Shown here: positions 8,725 to 17,749 of the stretch, piece by piece | Numbering within the stretch: the stretch's first letter is position 1 | Layout: the number at the start of each line of letters is the position of its first letter | The notes under the pieces: generated by a model | The model's input: only the letters and a program-made list of their open reading frames with translations | What the model was told of the DNA's origin: nothing | Database searches by the model: none | Position numbers and translations under genes: made by a program | Assembly: GCA_964621445.1 (NCBI GenBank) | Contig: CAZUNO010000001.1 | Span: forward strand, 1 to 40,395 | Length of the DNA stretch: 40,395 bases | Source of the DNA: Candidatus Hadarchaeota archaeon | GTDB taxonomy: Archaea; CAYQAE01; CAYVLA01 | Direction: 5' to 3'

Positions 8725-9650
8725 AGCAAGAGGACCTGGATAGGGTTGAGGATAGGATTTGTCCCGAGTGCGGATGCGCAAGACTCGTGAGGGACTACGG
8801 GAGGGCCGAGGTGACCTGTGCTTCCTGCGGGCTTGTTGTCGATGATCACCTCATGGACCAGGGACCTGATTGGCGCGCGTTCAATAGTGAACAGAGGGAG
8901 AGGAGACAGCATGCCGGTGCGCCCATGAGCTTCACAATTCATGATAAGGGACTGTCTACAGTTATCGATTGGCGCGACAGGGACATATACGGCCGAAAGC
9001 TTAAGCCATCCAGGAAATCTCAGATGTATAGGCTGAGGAAGTGGAATCGTAGGTCCCGTATATCGGACTCGGCGGATAGAAACCTGTCATTTGCCCTAGC
9101 CGAAATTGACAGGGTAGCTGCCCAGCTTCGTCTACCCAAGAATGTAAGGGAAGCTGCCTCCATGGTTTACAGAAAAACGGTTGAAAAGAAGCTTATTAGG
9201 GGAAGGTCGATTGAGTCGGTGGCCGCCTCTGCCCTGTATGTGGCGAGCAGACAGCTTTCGGTTCCTCGCACCTTAGAGGAAATTGCATCGGTTACCAAGA
9301 TTAATAAAAAGGAGATAGGCCGTTCCTACAGATTTCTTGCTCGGGAGCTGGGGATCAAGCTAGCTCCAACCTCGCCTATCGACTATGTTCCCCGTTTTGC
9401 AAGCGAGCTGAATTTATCGGGACGGGTACAGGCCAAATCCATAAGGCTGTTGAGCCGGGTTATCGACGATGGTTTGACCTCTGGCCGGGGCCCTATGGGA
9501 ATTGCAGCCGCCGCTCTTTACGTATCCGCGGTTATGGAGGAAGAGGAGAGGACCCAGAGAGAGGTGGCCGAGGTGGCCAGGGTGACCGAGGTCACAGTTA
9601 GAAATAGGTACAAGGAGATCGTTGAGCATCTAGGCTTAAATCTCCCCTGA
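8703..9650 (+). CDS. tfb: Transcription initiation factor IIB, paralog 1
   Basis: Zn ribbon CPECG...[43 protein letters not shown]; likely ATG 8703. Confidence 0.96.
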   Translation: MEKVDDLEQEDLDRVEDRICPECGCARLVRDYGRAEVTCASCGLVVDDHLMDQGPDWRAFNSEQRERRQHAGAPMSFTIHDKGLSTVIDWRDRDIYGRKLKPSRKSQMYRLRKWNRRSRISDSADRNLSFALAEIDRVAAQLRLPKNVREAASMVYRKTVEKKLIRGRSIESVAASALYVASRQLSVPRTLEEIASVTKINKKEIGRSYRFLARELGIKLAPTSPIDYVPRFASELNLSGRVQAKSIRLLSRVIDDGLTSGRGPMGIAAAALYVSAVMEEEERTQREVAEVARVTEVTVRNRYKEIVEHLGLNLP

Positions 9651-9960
9651 GATTGCTAATAACATGGACAATTCTCTAATTTTCTTGCTCCGTGTTTGAA
9701 TAAAATAATCGAGATTCGTATTTGATACACAATTTATCAATTACAAAGTTATGATTTATGCATAGATTTTTAAGCTACGTTTTCGATGTAAACGTGCCCC
9801 TATGTCGCACGGATACGCGATCTCCGGGGAAGCGGCCAGGGTATGTCATCTGCAAACAAGTTCGGGGCAGAGTCCTTGTTTGAAATTCGTTTTTTCGTTA
9901 ATCATTTGACATTTGATAGGGTCGCTGGAGTCCAAAGCTTCCGAGGAGGTTCATTTCCTT

Positions 9961-10944
9961 TTGCCTTCGTTTGCTTCTGAAGAGAACTACAACCCGCTTA
10001 GTGACGGGGAGGCTGACAAAGAACCGACCTCACCCGAGGAACGCAAGATTCAATGTCCTGAGTGTGGATGTTATAGACAGGCGCGGGACTATAAGAGAGC
10101 AGAGATCATCTGCTCAAACTGTGGTCTGGTAATAGAGGACAAGATCGTGGACCCGGGCCCGGAATGGCGTGCTTTCGATACCGAGCAGACCATGTCGCGG
10201 GAGAGAACGGGTGCGCCAATGACCTATACCATTCACGACAAGGGTCTATCGACCATGATAGATAACAGTGACAGGGATATTTATGGCCGAAGCATAAGGC
10301 CCAAAACTAAGGCCCAGATGTACAGACTCAGGAAATGGAACAAGCGGGCAAGGGTATCCAATTCCGTGGAGAGAAACCTTTCCTACGCACTGTCGGAGCT
10401 GGATAGGATTGCAGCACAGCTAGAGCTGCCCAAGAACGTTCGGGAGGCGGCATCAATGGTTTACCGAAAAACCGTGGAGGAGGACCTCATAAGAGGGAGG
10501 TCAATCGAGTCCTCCACCGCTTCCGCCATCTATATCGCTTGCCGACAGTTTGGGATACCGAGAACCCTCGACGAGTTATCAGATGTTACAAAGCATAGTA
10601 AGAAGGAGATTGGAAAGAGCTATCGGGTTATTGCCAGGGGTTTAGGTATACACCTGCCTCCGATAAATGCCATTGACTACGTTCCCCGTTTTGCCAGCGA
10701 GCTTAACTTACCGGGAACCGTTCAGACCAAGGCCATAGATATACTTCGAGAGGTCATTAACGAGGGTCTTGGGTCGGGGAAAGGTCCAACGGGTATTGCC
10801 GCGGCCGCAATCTATATCTCTTGTGTACTTGCCGAGGTCAAGAGAACCCAGAAGGAGATCTCAGAGATAACGGGTGTAACCGAGGTCACGGTAAGAAACC
10901 GATACAAGGAGATAGCGGAACACCTTGGACTGGACGTCGATTAG
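9961..10944 (+). CDS. tfb: Transcription initiation factor IIB, paralog 2
   Basis: CPECG...[37 protein letters not shown]; in-frame TTG 9961 follows GAGGAGGT (track start 9913). Confidence 0.95.
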   Translation: MPSFASEENYNPLSDGEADKEPTSPEERKIQCPECGCYRQARDYKRAEIICSNCGLVIEDKIVDPGPEWRAFDTEQTMSRERTGAPMTYTIHDKGLSTMIDNSDRDIYGRSIRPKTKAQMYRLRKWNKRARVSNSVERNLSYALSELDRIAAQLELPKNVREAASMVYRKTVEEDLIRGRSIESSTASAIYIACRQFGIPRTLDELSDVTKHSKKEIGKSYRVIARGLGIHLPPINAIDYVPRFASELNLPGTVQTKAIDILREVINEGLGSGKGPTGIAAAAIYISCVLAEVKRTQKEISEITGVTEVTVRNRYKEIAEHLGLDVD

Positions 10945-10949
10945 ATAGA

Positions 10950-12530
10950 TTATCGCGGGGCCTTCAGAGTTAGCTTGGCCTGTTCCTCTCCGCCATTGGT
11001 GGAGGAAACGAAGCAATAGATGTCGAAGGAATGCTCTATTTCTCTGGATGTTAGGTTCCAGGTCACCTTTGCAGTATTTGAAATCGAGTCAATGGTTACC
11101 CTGGGGTCGGAATCTCTCAACAGATTGGCTCCTTCAGGAAGAATAATTCTGGCCTCTACTCCTTTCAGCCCCTCGATCCTTCCCTTGTTTGCTACTCGGG
11201 CTGTAACCAGGTATCCAGTTGAAGGCCCGGGTAGTGCAACTGTATTTGCGTCAAAACTCGAGATGAACACCTTGGGCTGATCGACTACCCTGATGGGCAG
11301 GGGAATGGCAGTCAACACAAATATTACCAGTACGGAACCGGCCACGGCTATGCTCGTCTTGTTTAGCTTCGTGATTTCATCCAGCGAACCGGGATGACCA
11401 ACCCTGGTAAAGAAAAGGGCAAGTATGCCCCAGAGTATCCAACCTGCGAACGAGGCGCCGGACCACCATTGATAGACAAAGAGACCCAGTAGGCCGAACC
11501 CGGTAAGATATCCGATGATCTTGTGGGCCCTCATTCCCAAAACGGCTCTGGATACATGTCCTCCATCAAGCATACCGGCCGGGAAGAGGTTCAACATGGT
11601 CACCAGCATTCCAGCCCAGCCCGCGACGGCTAGTGGATGAAGGGAAAGGCCGTAGGATTCGGAGACGATTAGTCCCCTTAAGAATCTAAACAATATGGAA
11701 GCCCCGATAACTATACTTGTTCCTCCAGCCCCACCGGGCGCTACCTCGGGGGTGGAAAGCAGAAGCCCTATAATTGTTACCGGTATAGCTACAATGAAAC
11801 CGCAAATTGGTCCCGCAGAGCCTATCTTCATCATAGCATTACGGCTGGGGAGAGAGCCCTTCATCTTGATGACGGCTCCCATGGTACCGAGTATGAAGGG
11901 TGGCGGTACGGGGATGAAATAAGGATATGTCGCCTCCACCTTGAACTTCATGGAGGCCAGCTTGTGGCCCATCTCGTGAAGACCAAGTATGGACATTATC
12001 CCCACCGAATACATGATGGAATCCCATTTTGCCACGCTCCACGGAGTTGAGCCGGATAGGAAGCCGGTTAAGAATAGACCGGCAAAGAAGGTCGATACAA
12101 ATGTCAAACCTAGAAGAATCAGGTTAGTTCTTACTCTAACCCCTTGCTCCTCGACCTTGGGAAAGATTGTCATTATTTCCTTGCTGCCGAAGGATCTAAC
12201 TATGGGGAGGAAGTCCATGGATTCGAGTTCATCTATGGTATCCGAGACCGAGTCCTCTCCGTATGGATCACCAATCTCGAGCCGTAGATGATTATAACCT
12301 TCTTCGATCTCATGTACGGAAAAGTTGCTTCTTACTACGGAAAGGATTTCGTCTGTGGGAATTACGTACTGCGTAGCGTCCTCATCTTTGATGACGATCA
12401 TGTTTCCGTCACAGTCGGGGCAGAGGCCTGGTATCATCTTTCCCACGGTGAGGTCACTGCGGGCCTTTACCTCGGCCTCGTAGCCACACTGTACACATTT
12501 GAGACGAGCCTTTGGCTCATCTTCCTTCAT
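10950..12530 (-). CDS. Site-2 protease (M50) intramembrane metalloprotease with N-terminal Zn ribbon and C-terminal Ig-like domain
   Basis: HEMGH, AGPICG, NLFPAGMLDGGH; CVQC/CPDC at the N terminus; multiple TM segments; beta-rich C-terminal tail. Confidence 0.92.
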   Translation of the reverse strand: MKEDEPKARLKCVQCGYEAEVKARSDLTVGKMIPGLCPDCDGNMIVIKDEDATQYVIPTDEILSVVRSNFSVHEIEEGYNHLRLEIGDPYGEDSVSDTIDELESMDFLPIVRSFGSKEIMTIFPKVEEQGVRVRTNLILLGLTFVSTFFAGLFLTGFLSGSTPWSVAKWDSIMYSVGIMSILGLHEMGHKLASMKFKVEATYPYFIPVPPPFILGTMGAVIKMKGSLPSRNAMMKIGSAGPICGFIVAIPVTIIGLLLSTPEVAPGGAGGTSIVIGASILFRFLRGLIVSESYGLSLHPLAVAGWAGMLVTMLNLFPAGMLDGGHVSRAVLGMRAHKIIGYLTGFGLLGLFVYQWWSGASFAGWILWGILALFFTRVGHPGSLDEITKLNKTSIAVAGSVLVIFVLTAIPLPIRVVDQPKVFISSFDANTVALPGPSTGYLVTARVANKGRIEGLKGVEARIILPEGANLLRDSDPRVTIDSISNTAKVTWNLTSREIEHSFDIYCFVSSTNGGEEQAKLTLKAPR

Positions 12531-12553
12531 TATTTCTTCGCCATTCCGGCGGC

Positions 12554-12570
12554 TTATATATATCTTCCGA
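12554..12570 (-). promoter_or_regulatory. BRE/TATA for the M50 protease, probably leaderless and possibly bidirectional
   Basis: Minus strand reads TCGGAAG-ATATATATAA, about 25 bp upstream of ATG 12530. Confidence 0.5.
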
Positions 12571-12664
12571 ACGGCCCTTCGAGGACAAATCCCAAATTAG
12601 CCAGCATTCCCAACGGAGGTCCGCAAGGGGAGTCATTTTTCTCTGCCCATCTTGATGATGGCCC

Positions 12665-13462
12665 ATGAGAAAGACCCTGGCGGCGCTGCTATCGATTTTT
12701 CTATTAACCCAGCTCTCAGCGATCTTTATCGCCTATCTAATAACCGTTCCGGGTACCGATCCCTCGGGTATCAGGGAGCCCAGGGTGCGGTACCTGGAGG
12801 GAGGAGATTCGATTGGCGACTCTGTTTTCCTCTACTTCTTCCTTATGGGAGGAGTTATCGTAATCGCTCTTGCAATGAAGCTGAAGCTAGGAAGAATGCT
12901 TTTCCGAAATCTGGAGCTGATTATCGTATTCCTGACTGCTTTTCTTCTTCTGCTCTCGATCTATCCCGATAGACCTTTATTGTGGCTGGTTCCACCACTG
13001 GTGCTGGCCGTCTTTCGTCATTTCGTATCCCACTGGCTTCTTTCAAGCTCGCTTTCCATTTTTCTTGCCGCAGGAGTGGGAGCAATAATGGGTGTCTCCC
13101 TGGGTATTTTGCCCATCATCGTCTTGATGGCGTTTCTATCGGTTTATGATATCATTGCCGTCAAGCTTAGCAGCCATATGAGGCGGGTTGTGGAACACAT
13201 TAGGGGAACCAATTCCTCATTTTTGGTGGAAATACCCAGATTAAGAGCTGCCGTTGGCGTATCCGATCTGGCCGTTCCAGCCATGCTGGTGACATCTACT
13301 ACGCTTCTTCATTCTACGCAGATGGGTATTCTTGTGGGACTGGCCGGGGCAATGGGCCTAGGTCTGGCAATAATCTATTCTAGCAAGACCGGAATGGTCC
13401 CTGCTCTACCATTCATATTCGGGACCTCGAGCGGTATGTATGCCCTGGCGGTGGCTCTCTAA
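12665..13462 (+). CDS. Presenilin/SPP-like intramembrane aspartyl protease (A22)
   Basis: About nine hydrophobic segments; LSVYDIIAV...HM (YD), GVSDLAVP (GxGD variant), VPALPFI (PAL). Confidence 0.88.
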   Translation: MRKTLAALLSIFLLTQLSAIFIAYLITVPGTDPSGIREPRVRYLEGGDSIGDSVFLYFFLMGGVIVIALAMKLKLGRMLFRNLELIIVFLTAFLLLLSIYPDRPLLWLVPPLVLAVFRHFVSHWLLSSSLSIFLAAGVGAIMGVSLGILPIIVLMAFLSVYDIIAVKLSSHMRRVVEHIRGTNSSFLVEIPRLRAAVGVSDLAVPAMLVTSTTLLHSTQMGILVGLAGAMGLGLAIIYSSKTGMVPALPFIFGTSSGMYALAVAL

Positions 13463-13463
13463 T

Positions 13464-14240
13464 TCAGGGTGACTCGCTAACCAGGTCAATGGCAAAATAC
13501 TGGGTTTCCATCCAATCAGAGCTGAGGCTGGTTCCGTCCTCCAAATCCAAAAACAGCCTAAGCCTAATCTTGAAAAGTGCCATACCGTTGAATTTTACCG
13601 TCTCCTTGTTGATGCTATCATATGTTGTTATTTCCCAGAAATTCTCCTTTCCCGAGAGCTCATAGATATCCTCCCTGATCGAGAATTCATAATCGCTGCC
13701 AAATAGCGGCTTTTGGAAGGGAATCTCTATTTTTTTGGTATCCGAGAAGACCTTTCTAGGCGTGATCTCATCAACGTATACCTCGGTCGACCTGGTAGCA
13801 TTGCCAGATGCCTCAATGACCAGGACCGGCTGGTGGGAGGCGACCTTGGTGTGCATGACCTCAACGTCCAATCTGGCCTCATTAGGTGGGGATGATGATG
13901 AGAGGGTGACCGATTTCGGACTCCTAACTTGAATTGTCATCATGCTGTTTTCGGCTATGAATTCTCGCTGTATGTCCACTTTAAATTTGGAAAACCTTCC
14001 CCCGTCCTCGGCGGTTGGATGAACCTTTATGGGTGTATTTTTTGAATCGTTCCTAACTATCCAGAGCCTGAGGTCTCCCTCCAAAAGCGGCGACTCCAAA
14101 TCAAGCGTGAACTCCTCATCGATATCGATGAGATACGCTCTACCTGCTAGTACGATCATCAGGAAGAAGACGATTATTGATATTATGACTCCGATTGCCC
14201 ACTTTTTATCTTTAGGTATCAATAATAATACGCTTCTCAA
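13464..14240 (-). CDS. Hypothetical single-pass membrane protein with a beta-rich soluble domain
   Basis: One TM helix (WAIGVIISIIVFFLMIVLAG) after KDKK; packed 5 bp behind the upstream gene. Confidence 0.7.
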   Translation of the reverse strand: MRSVLLLIPKDKKWAIGVIISIIVFFLMIVLAGRAYLIDIDEEFTLDLESPLLEGDLRLWIVRNDSKNTPIKVHPTAEDGGRFSKFKVDIQREFIAENSMMTIQVRSPKSVTLSSSSPPNEARLDVEVMHTKVASHQPVLVIEASGNATRSTEVYVDEITPRKVFSDTKKIEIPFQKPLFGSDYEFSIREDIYELSGKENFWEITTYDSINKETVKFNGMALFKIRLRLFLDLEDGTSLSSDWMETQYFAIDLVSESP

Positions 14241-14245
14241 ATAAC

Positions 14246-15382
14246 TTATAAATCAATTCCGCTCGTGGATAGGGTGCTGGTTATCCGTTCCTTCTCCTTA
14301 ACCCTATCCTCTTCCACCTTGAGGTAATCCAAAACCAGCTCTTGCATGGATTGGCATATATGGGCGCAGTCGATGAGCCAGTTGAAAAGATCGGTGCTTC
14401 GGTCAAGCGATTTCCTGACGGAATCCCTGGTTTCCTTTGCCTGATCTCTGATATTCTTTTCCTTCATGAGCAATTGGCAGAGGGCGGCCAATCTTAACAG
14501 GGACCCCTCTATGAGGTCCACGTTCCTCAAGAGGGTTGAACTCAACCGGTCAGCCTTACGATCTCCGGACTTGGGGTTTGTGAGCTTGCTGATCAAATCA
14601 AGAGATTGGACATCGTGAATTGTTATCCTGTTTTGAAGAAATCTTTTCCCCTCAGGACTCCTTCCGTTCTTGAATACGATGGGCATCAGGGATCTTTCGT
14701 ATGCCTCTCCAAGTGAATCCTCAAGATCCTTTTTTTCCTCCACGATTTCGCTTTCTATTTCATCTATTCTATTCTCTGCCTTTTTTAGTGAAGTATCCTT
14801 CCGGTTTAGCTGGGCTCGAAATAAGAGGGACTCGTCAAATACCTGTTTCAAGATGAGGAAGGGGTCGGGCCAATTGAAGATGGTGTTCATCTCCTGGATT
14901 TGTTGATAACCGGATGATATGCTTCTAAGGAGGGTCCTCTGGTCCTTTGCCTTTCTAGCAAATTCGGAAAGGGACTGTTTGTGTTCTGACAGCCGTTCCT
15001 CCAGTCTCTCAGATTCAGATTCGAGTCCCTTGATCTTTCGCTCAGCTTTTTCGATATCCCGTTCCACGGGTATGATATCCTTCTCCGCCTTCTCCTTGGC
15101 TATTCCCTTTACGCCCTTTATTCGCAGGCGTAGTTTGGTCATCAGGTCGTCTGCTTCCTTTTCGGGTAGATCAACTGCAGTCGGTCTTATCCTGCCTTTG
15201 ATTATATCCATCATATGATCCCGCTGTGATTTGAGATCATTCAGCTTGGACTCGAGATCCTCCTTTTGGTCATCAAGGTTCCTTATTCTGCTTTTCGCCC
15301 TGGATGCTAAACGGTCCTCTAATTTGGTTGCCCAGTGTATATCCTTTTGGAGCTTTTGTTCTTCGGCATCAAAGTCCAGCAA
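14246..15382 (-). CDS. Hypothetical coiled-coil protein
   Basis: 378 aa, E/K/L-rich heptads, no ATPase motif; TTG start after GGTGGAG. Confidence 0.72.
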   Translation of the reverse strand: MLDFDAEEQKLQKDIHWATKLEDRLASRAKSRIRNLDDQKEDLESKLNDLKSQRDHMMDIIKGRIRPTAVDLPEKEADDLMTKLRLRIKGVKGIAKEKAEKDIIPVERDIEKAERKIKGLESESERLEERLSEHKQSLSEFARKAKDQRTLLRSISSGYQQIQEMNTIFNWPDPFLILKQVFDESLLFRAQLNRKDTSLKKAENRIDEIESEIVEEKKDLEDSLGEAYERSLMPIVFKNGRSPEGKRFLQNRITIHDVQSLDLISKLTNPKSGDRKADRLSSTLLRNVDLIEGSLLRLAALCQLLMKEKNIRDQAKETRDSVRKSLDRSTDLFNWLIDCAHICQSMQELVLDYLKVEEDRVKEKERITSTLSTSGIDL

Positions 15383-15402
15383 ATTCTATTTCTCCACCAT
15401 GG

Positions 15403-16473
15403 TCATGAGATTTTAGCTTTCCCTCCGAAATAGAGCTCATCGAGAAGGGATCCCCGTGCAGCCGCGATTTGAAGGGAGGAGGTAAGGTCCTTATAACCTC
15501 CGCCTATCAGACCATTTGCCAGGAGGGCCGCACCGTGACTTGCCGATATCCTATTCCTCAGCCCGGAGATTTCTTCCAGGCCGATATCGCGGGCAGCGGT
15601 TGAGAGGTCTTCATTCATCCTAGCACCGAGGCAACTGGAAAGCACGAAGTCCTTCACCTCATTTCGTGTGGAGAGGGCAGCGAGGTCGGATTGAAATGAT
15701 TCGCGGAACATGAGAACCGCATTTTGTATTCTTTTACTTCCACCGGCATACATTTGCTTCCTTAATTCCCCAATTTCAATTCCGGCGGCATGTGTTAAAC
15801 CGCCGGAATAGATGCTCGATTTATCCGGGAAATGCCATATATGGGCCAGCTCTGCGTCCAGTGCCCCGCAGGCCCTGGTGCCAAACCTAGCGTTTGTGCC
15901 ACCTATCCCATCCACAATTTCACCTTTCGATATACAGACCAAGCTCGCAAATGCATGCCCTATCTCCGCGAGGATAAAGGTAACATCCCTGTAGCCGGCC
16001 GATTTTTCATCCGCCAAGGACTGAAGCGCGTGAGCTGCTGAACACACCTTATCCGAAGTTCCCATGTCGATTCGGGAGATCTTCCTATAATCGGGAACGG
16101 TTGGCAGGTGTTTAACCGAGGGTAGAATGAAGCATGGAATGTTGAGGTCGATTACCATTGACCGGAGCCTGTCCAATATTTTACGCAGCCCCACAACGGC
16201 ATTATCATCGAGATTGAGGGTCATTAACTTGATATCCTTCGGGTCCAACTCCTGAAGGGTGGTTGTGGGAAGTCCGAACCCTGATGGTGCAGCAATAGCT
16301 TCCAAGTTGATGGAATGGTCCTTCACAGGTTCAAGCGCGAGTTCAGGATTGCTAACGACCTCATCGGTGTTGATTTTCCAGGTTTTCAATATCTCCTGAT
16401 CATTAACCAGGGACAGCCTCCATTGGGTGCTGCCGGGATCAAAGCCAAGAGTCTCATGTCGGCTTTCGGCCAT
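15403..16473 (-). CDS. DUF1464 family ASKHA-fold protein (predicted butyrate kinase-like)
   Basis: GFDPGS, IAAPSGFGLP, LPSVKHLPTVPDYRKISRIDMGTSDKVC, GEIVDGIGGT, GALDAELA. Confidence 0.8.
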   Translation of the reverse strand: MAESRHETLGFDPGSTQWRLSLVNDQEILKTWKINTDEVVSNPELALEPVKDHSINLEAIAAPSGFGLPTTTLQELDPKDIKLMTLNLDDNAVVGLRKILDRLRSMVIDLNIPCFILPSVKHLPTVPDYRKISRIDMGTSDKVCSAAHALQSLADEKSAGYRDVTFILAEIGHAFASLVCISKGEIVDGIGGTNARFGTRACGALDAELAHIWHFPDKSSIYSGGLTHAAGIEIGELRKQMYAGGSKRIQNAVLMFRESFQSDLAALSTRNEVKDFVLSSCLGARMNEDLSTAARDIGLEEISGLRNRISASHGAALLANGLIGGGYKDLTSSLQIAAARGSLLDELYFGGKAKIS

Positions 16474-16582
16474 GGAAGGGATTTACTCACCGTTACTTAT
16501 AGGATTATTGCTCATCCCAGGCTTTTGGGAGAGGGCGTTTGATCGAGAGACATTTAATATGCCGATCGCGGTTGGTGGCTCC

Positions 16583-17101
16583 GTGATCACCATCGAGAAG
16601 GGGGATATAAAGGGTGTTCTGTATTCCAGGGCGGTTGAAGCTGAGAGGGTTGCCCTATGTGGAGTAGGAAATGACCTTAGGGGGGATGATGGGGTGGGAG
16701 TCTATATCGCTGAATCCATAATGGAACGGGTCTCAAACCCCCGGACCACGGTGATTAATTGTGGTGAGCTACCTGAAAATTACATTCCCGAGATCCAGGA
16801 TTTTAGACCCGATATTGTAGTGCTATTTGACGCTGCCAGCGTTGAATGTGAACCAGGAACCATCGTGATGGTGGAAAGCGAGGAGATATACGGAGGCACC
16901 GCCATATCAACTCACCGTCTTTCCCTGTCATTATTCTCAAGGATACTGCGTTCGCAGCTAGGAGGACAACTCGATATATTCGTAATGGGGGTTCAGGTTG
17001 AGAGGTGTGACTTTGGGGCCGGCCTGTCCGACCACGTTGAGGATTCAGCCAACGCCATAATCGAAGCTGTAGCAGAATTTCTTGCCGGATGGCGACCCTA
17101 G
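16583..17101 (+). CDS. Hydrogenase maturation endopeptidase (HycI-like)
   Basis: GVGNDLRGDDGVG, GELPEN, LFDA, STHRLSL; likely GTG 16583 (or ATG 16559). Confidence 0.88.
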   Translation: MITIEKGDIKGVLYSRAVEAERVALCGVGNDLRGDDGVGVYIAESIMERVSNPRTTVINCGELPENYIPEIQDFRPDIVVLFDAASVECEPGTIVMVESEEIYGGTAISTHRLSLSLFSRILRSQLGGQLDIFVMGVQVERCDFGAGLSDHVEDSANAIIEAVAEFLAGWRP

Positions 17102-17691
17102 ATATATCGATTTATGATGGAGATTGGTCCGGCCCCTTCCCTGAGGATTTTGGGTTCCCTTTGTGAAAGGTCGATTACCGTTGAGGGCCTATCGGAGGGG
17201 GCGGGGCCATCATCTATCAAGAGGTCGTAGTTGACCGTGATCTGTCCTGGCTCCCTTGGTTCACCCTGGCCGGATAGGTTGGCGCTTGTACAGGTGATTG
17301 GGAATTCCCGTGATAGGTCAGCAACCAGATGATGGTCAGGTATCCTGACCCCGGTCCTTCCGTTCCAGGATAGATGGGTAAATGAGGGTTTTGACCTCAA
17401 AATAAAGGTATAGGGACCTGGGAGGGCTCGGCTGACCAGGTTTCGATATCTTCGGGATATATGAACTAGATTGGATATCATTTCCTGCGATGAAACCGCT
17501 ATGGATATCGGTTTATCCGGGGCACGATTCTTTGCCCTGAAAAGATTATCTACCGCTTCTCTATTCCGTGCGTCGGTCCCTAGGCCATAGACGGTATCGG
17601 TGGGATAGACCACCAGGCCTCCCAGACTCATTATCCTCTTTGCTCTTTCAATGACATGTTCCCGGTTATCCCTTGAGAGTTTGAGAATCAT
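17098..17691 (-). CDS. tsaC: L-threonylcarbamoyladenylate synthase, short YrdC/TsaC-only form
   Basis: YPTDTVYGLG, KNRAPDKP, LPGPYTFIL, GVRIPDH, TSANLSG, PSTVIDL; 197 aa with no Sua5 C-terminal domain. Confidence 0.92.
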   Translation of the reverse strand: MILKLSRDNREHVIERAKRIMSLGGLVVYPTDTVYGLGTDARNREAVDNLFRAKNRAPDKPISIAVSSQEMISNLVHISRRYRNLVSRALPGPYTFILRSKPSFTHLSWNGRTGVRIPDHHLVADLSREFPITCTSANLSGQGEPREPGQITVNYDLLIDDGPAPSDRPSTVIDLSQREPKILREGAGPISIINRYI

Positions 17692-17749
17692 GCTATTGCG
17701 TGAGTTAAGCTGAATAAGATTTTTTTGGTAACCGTTCCACAGTTGCCAA

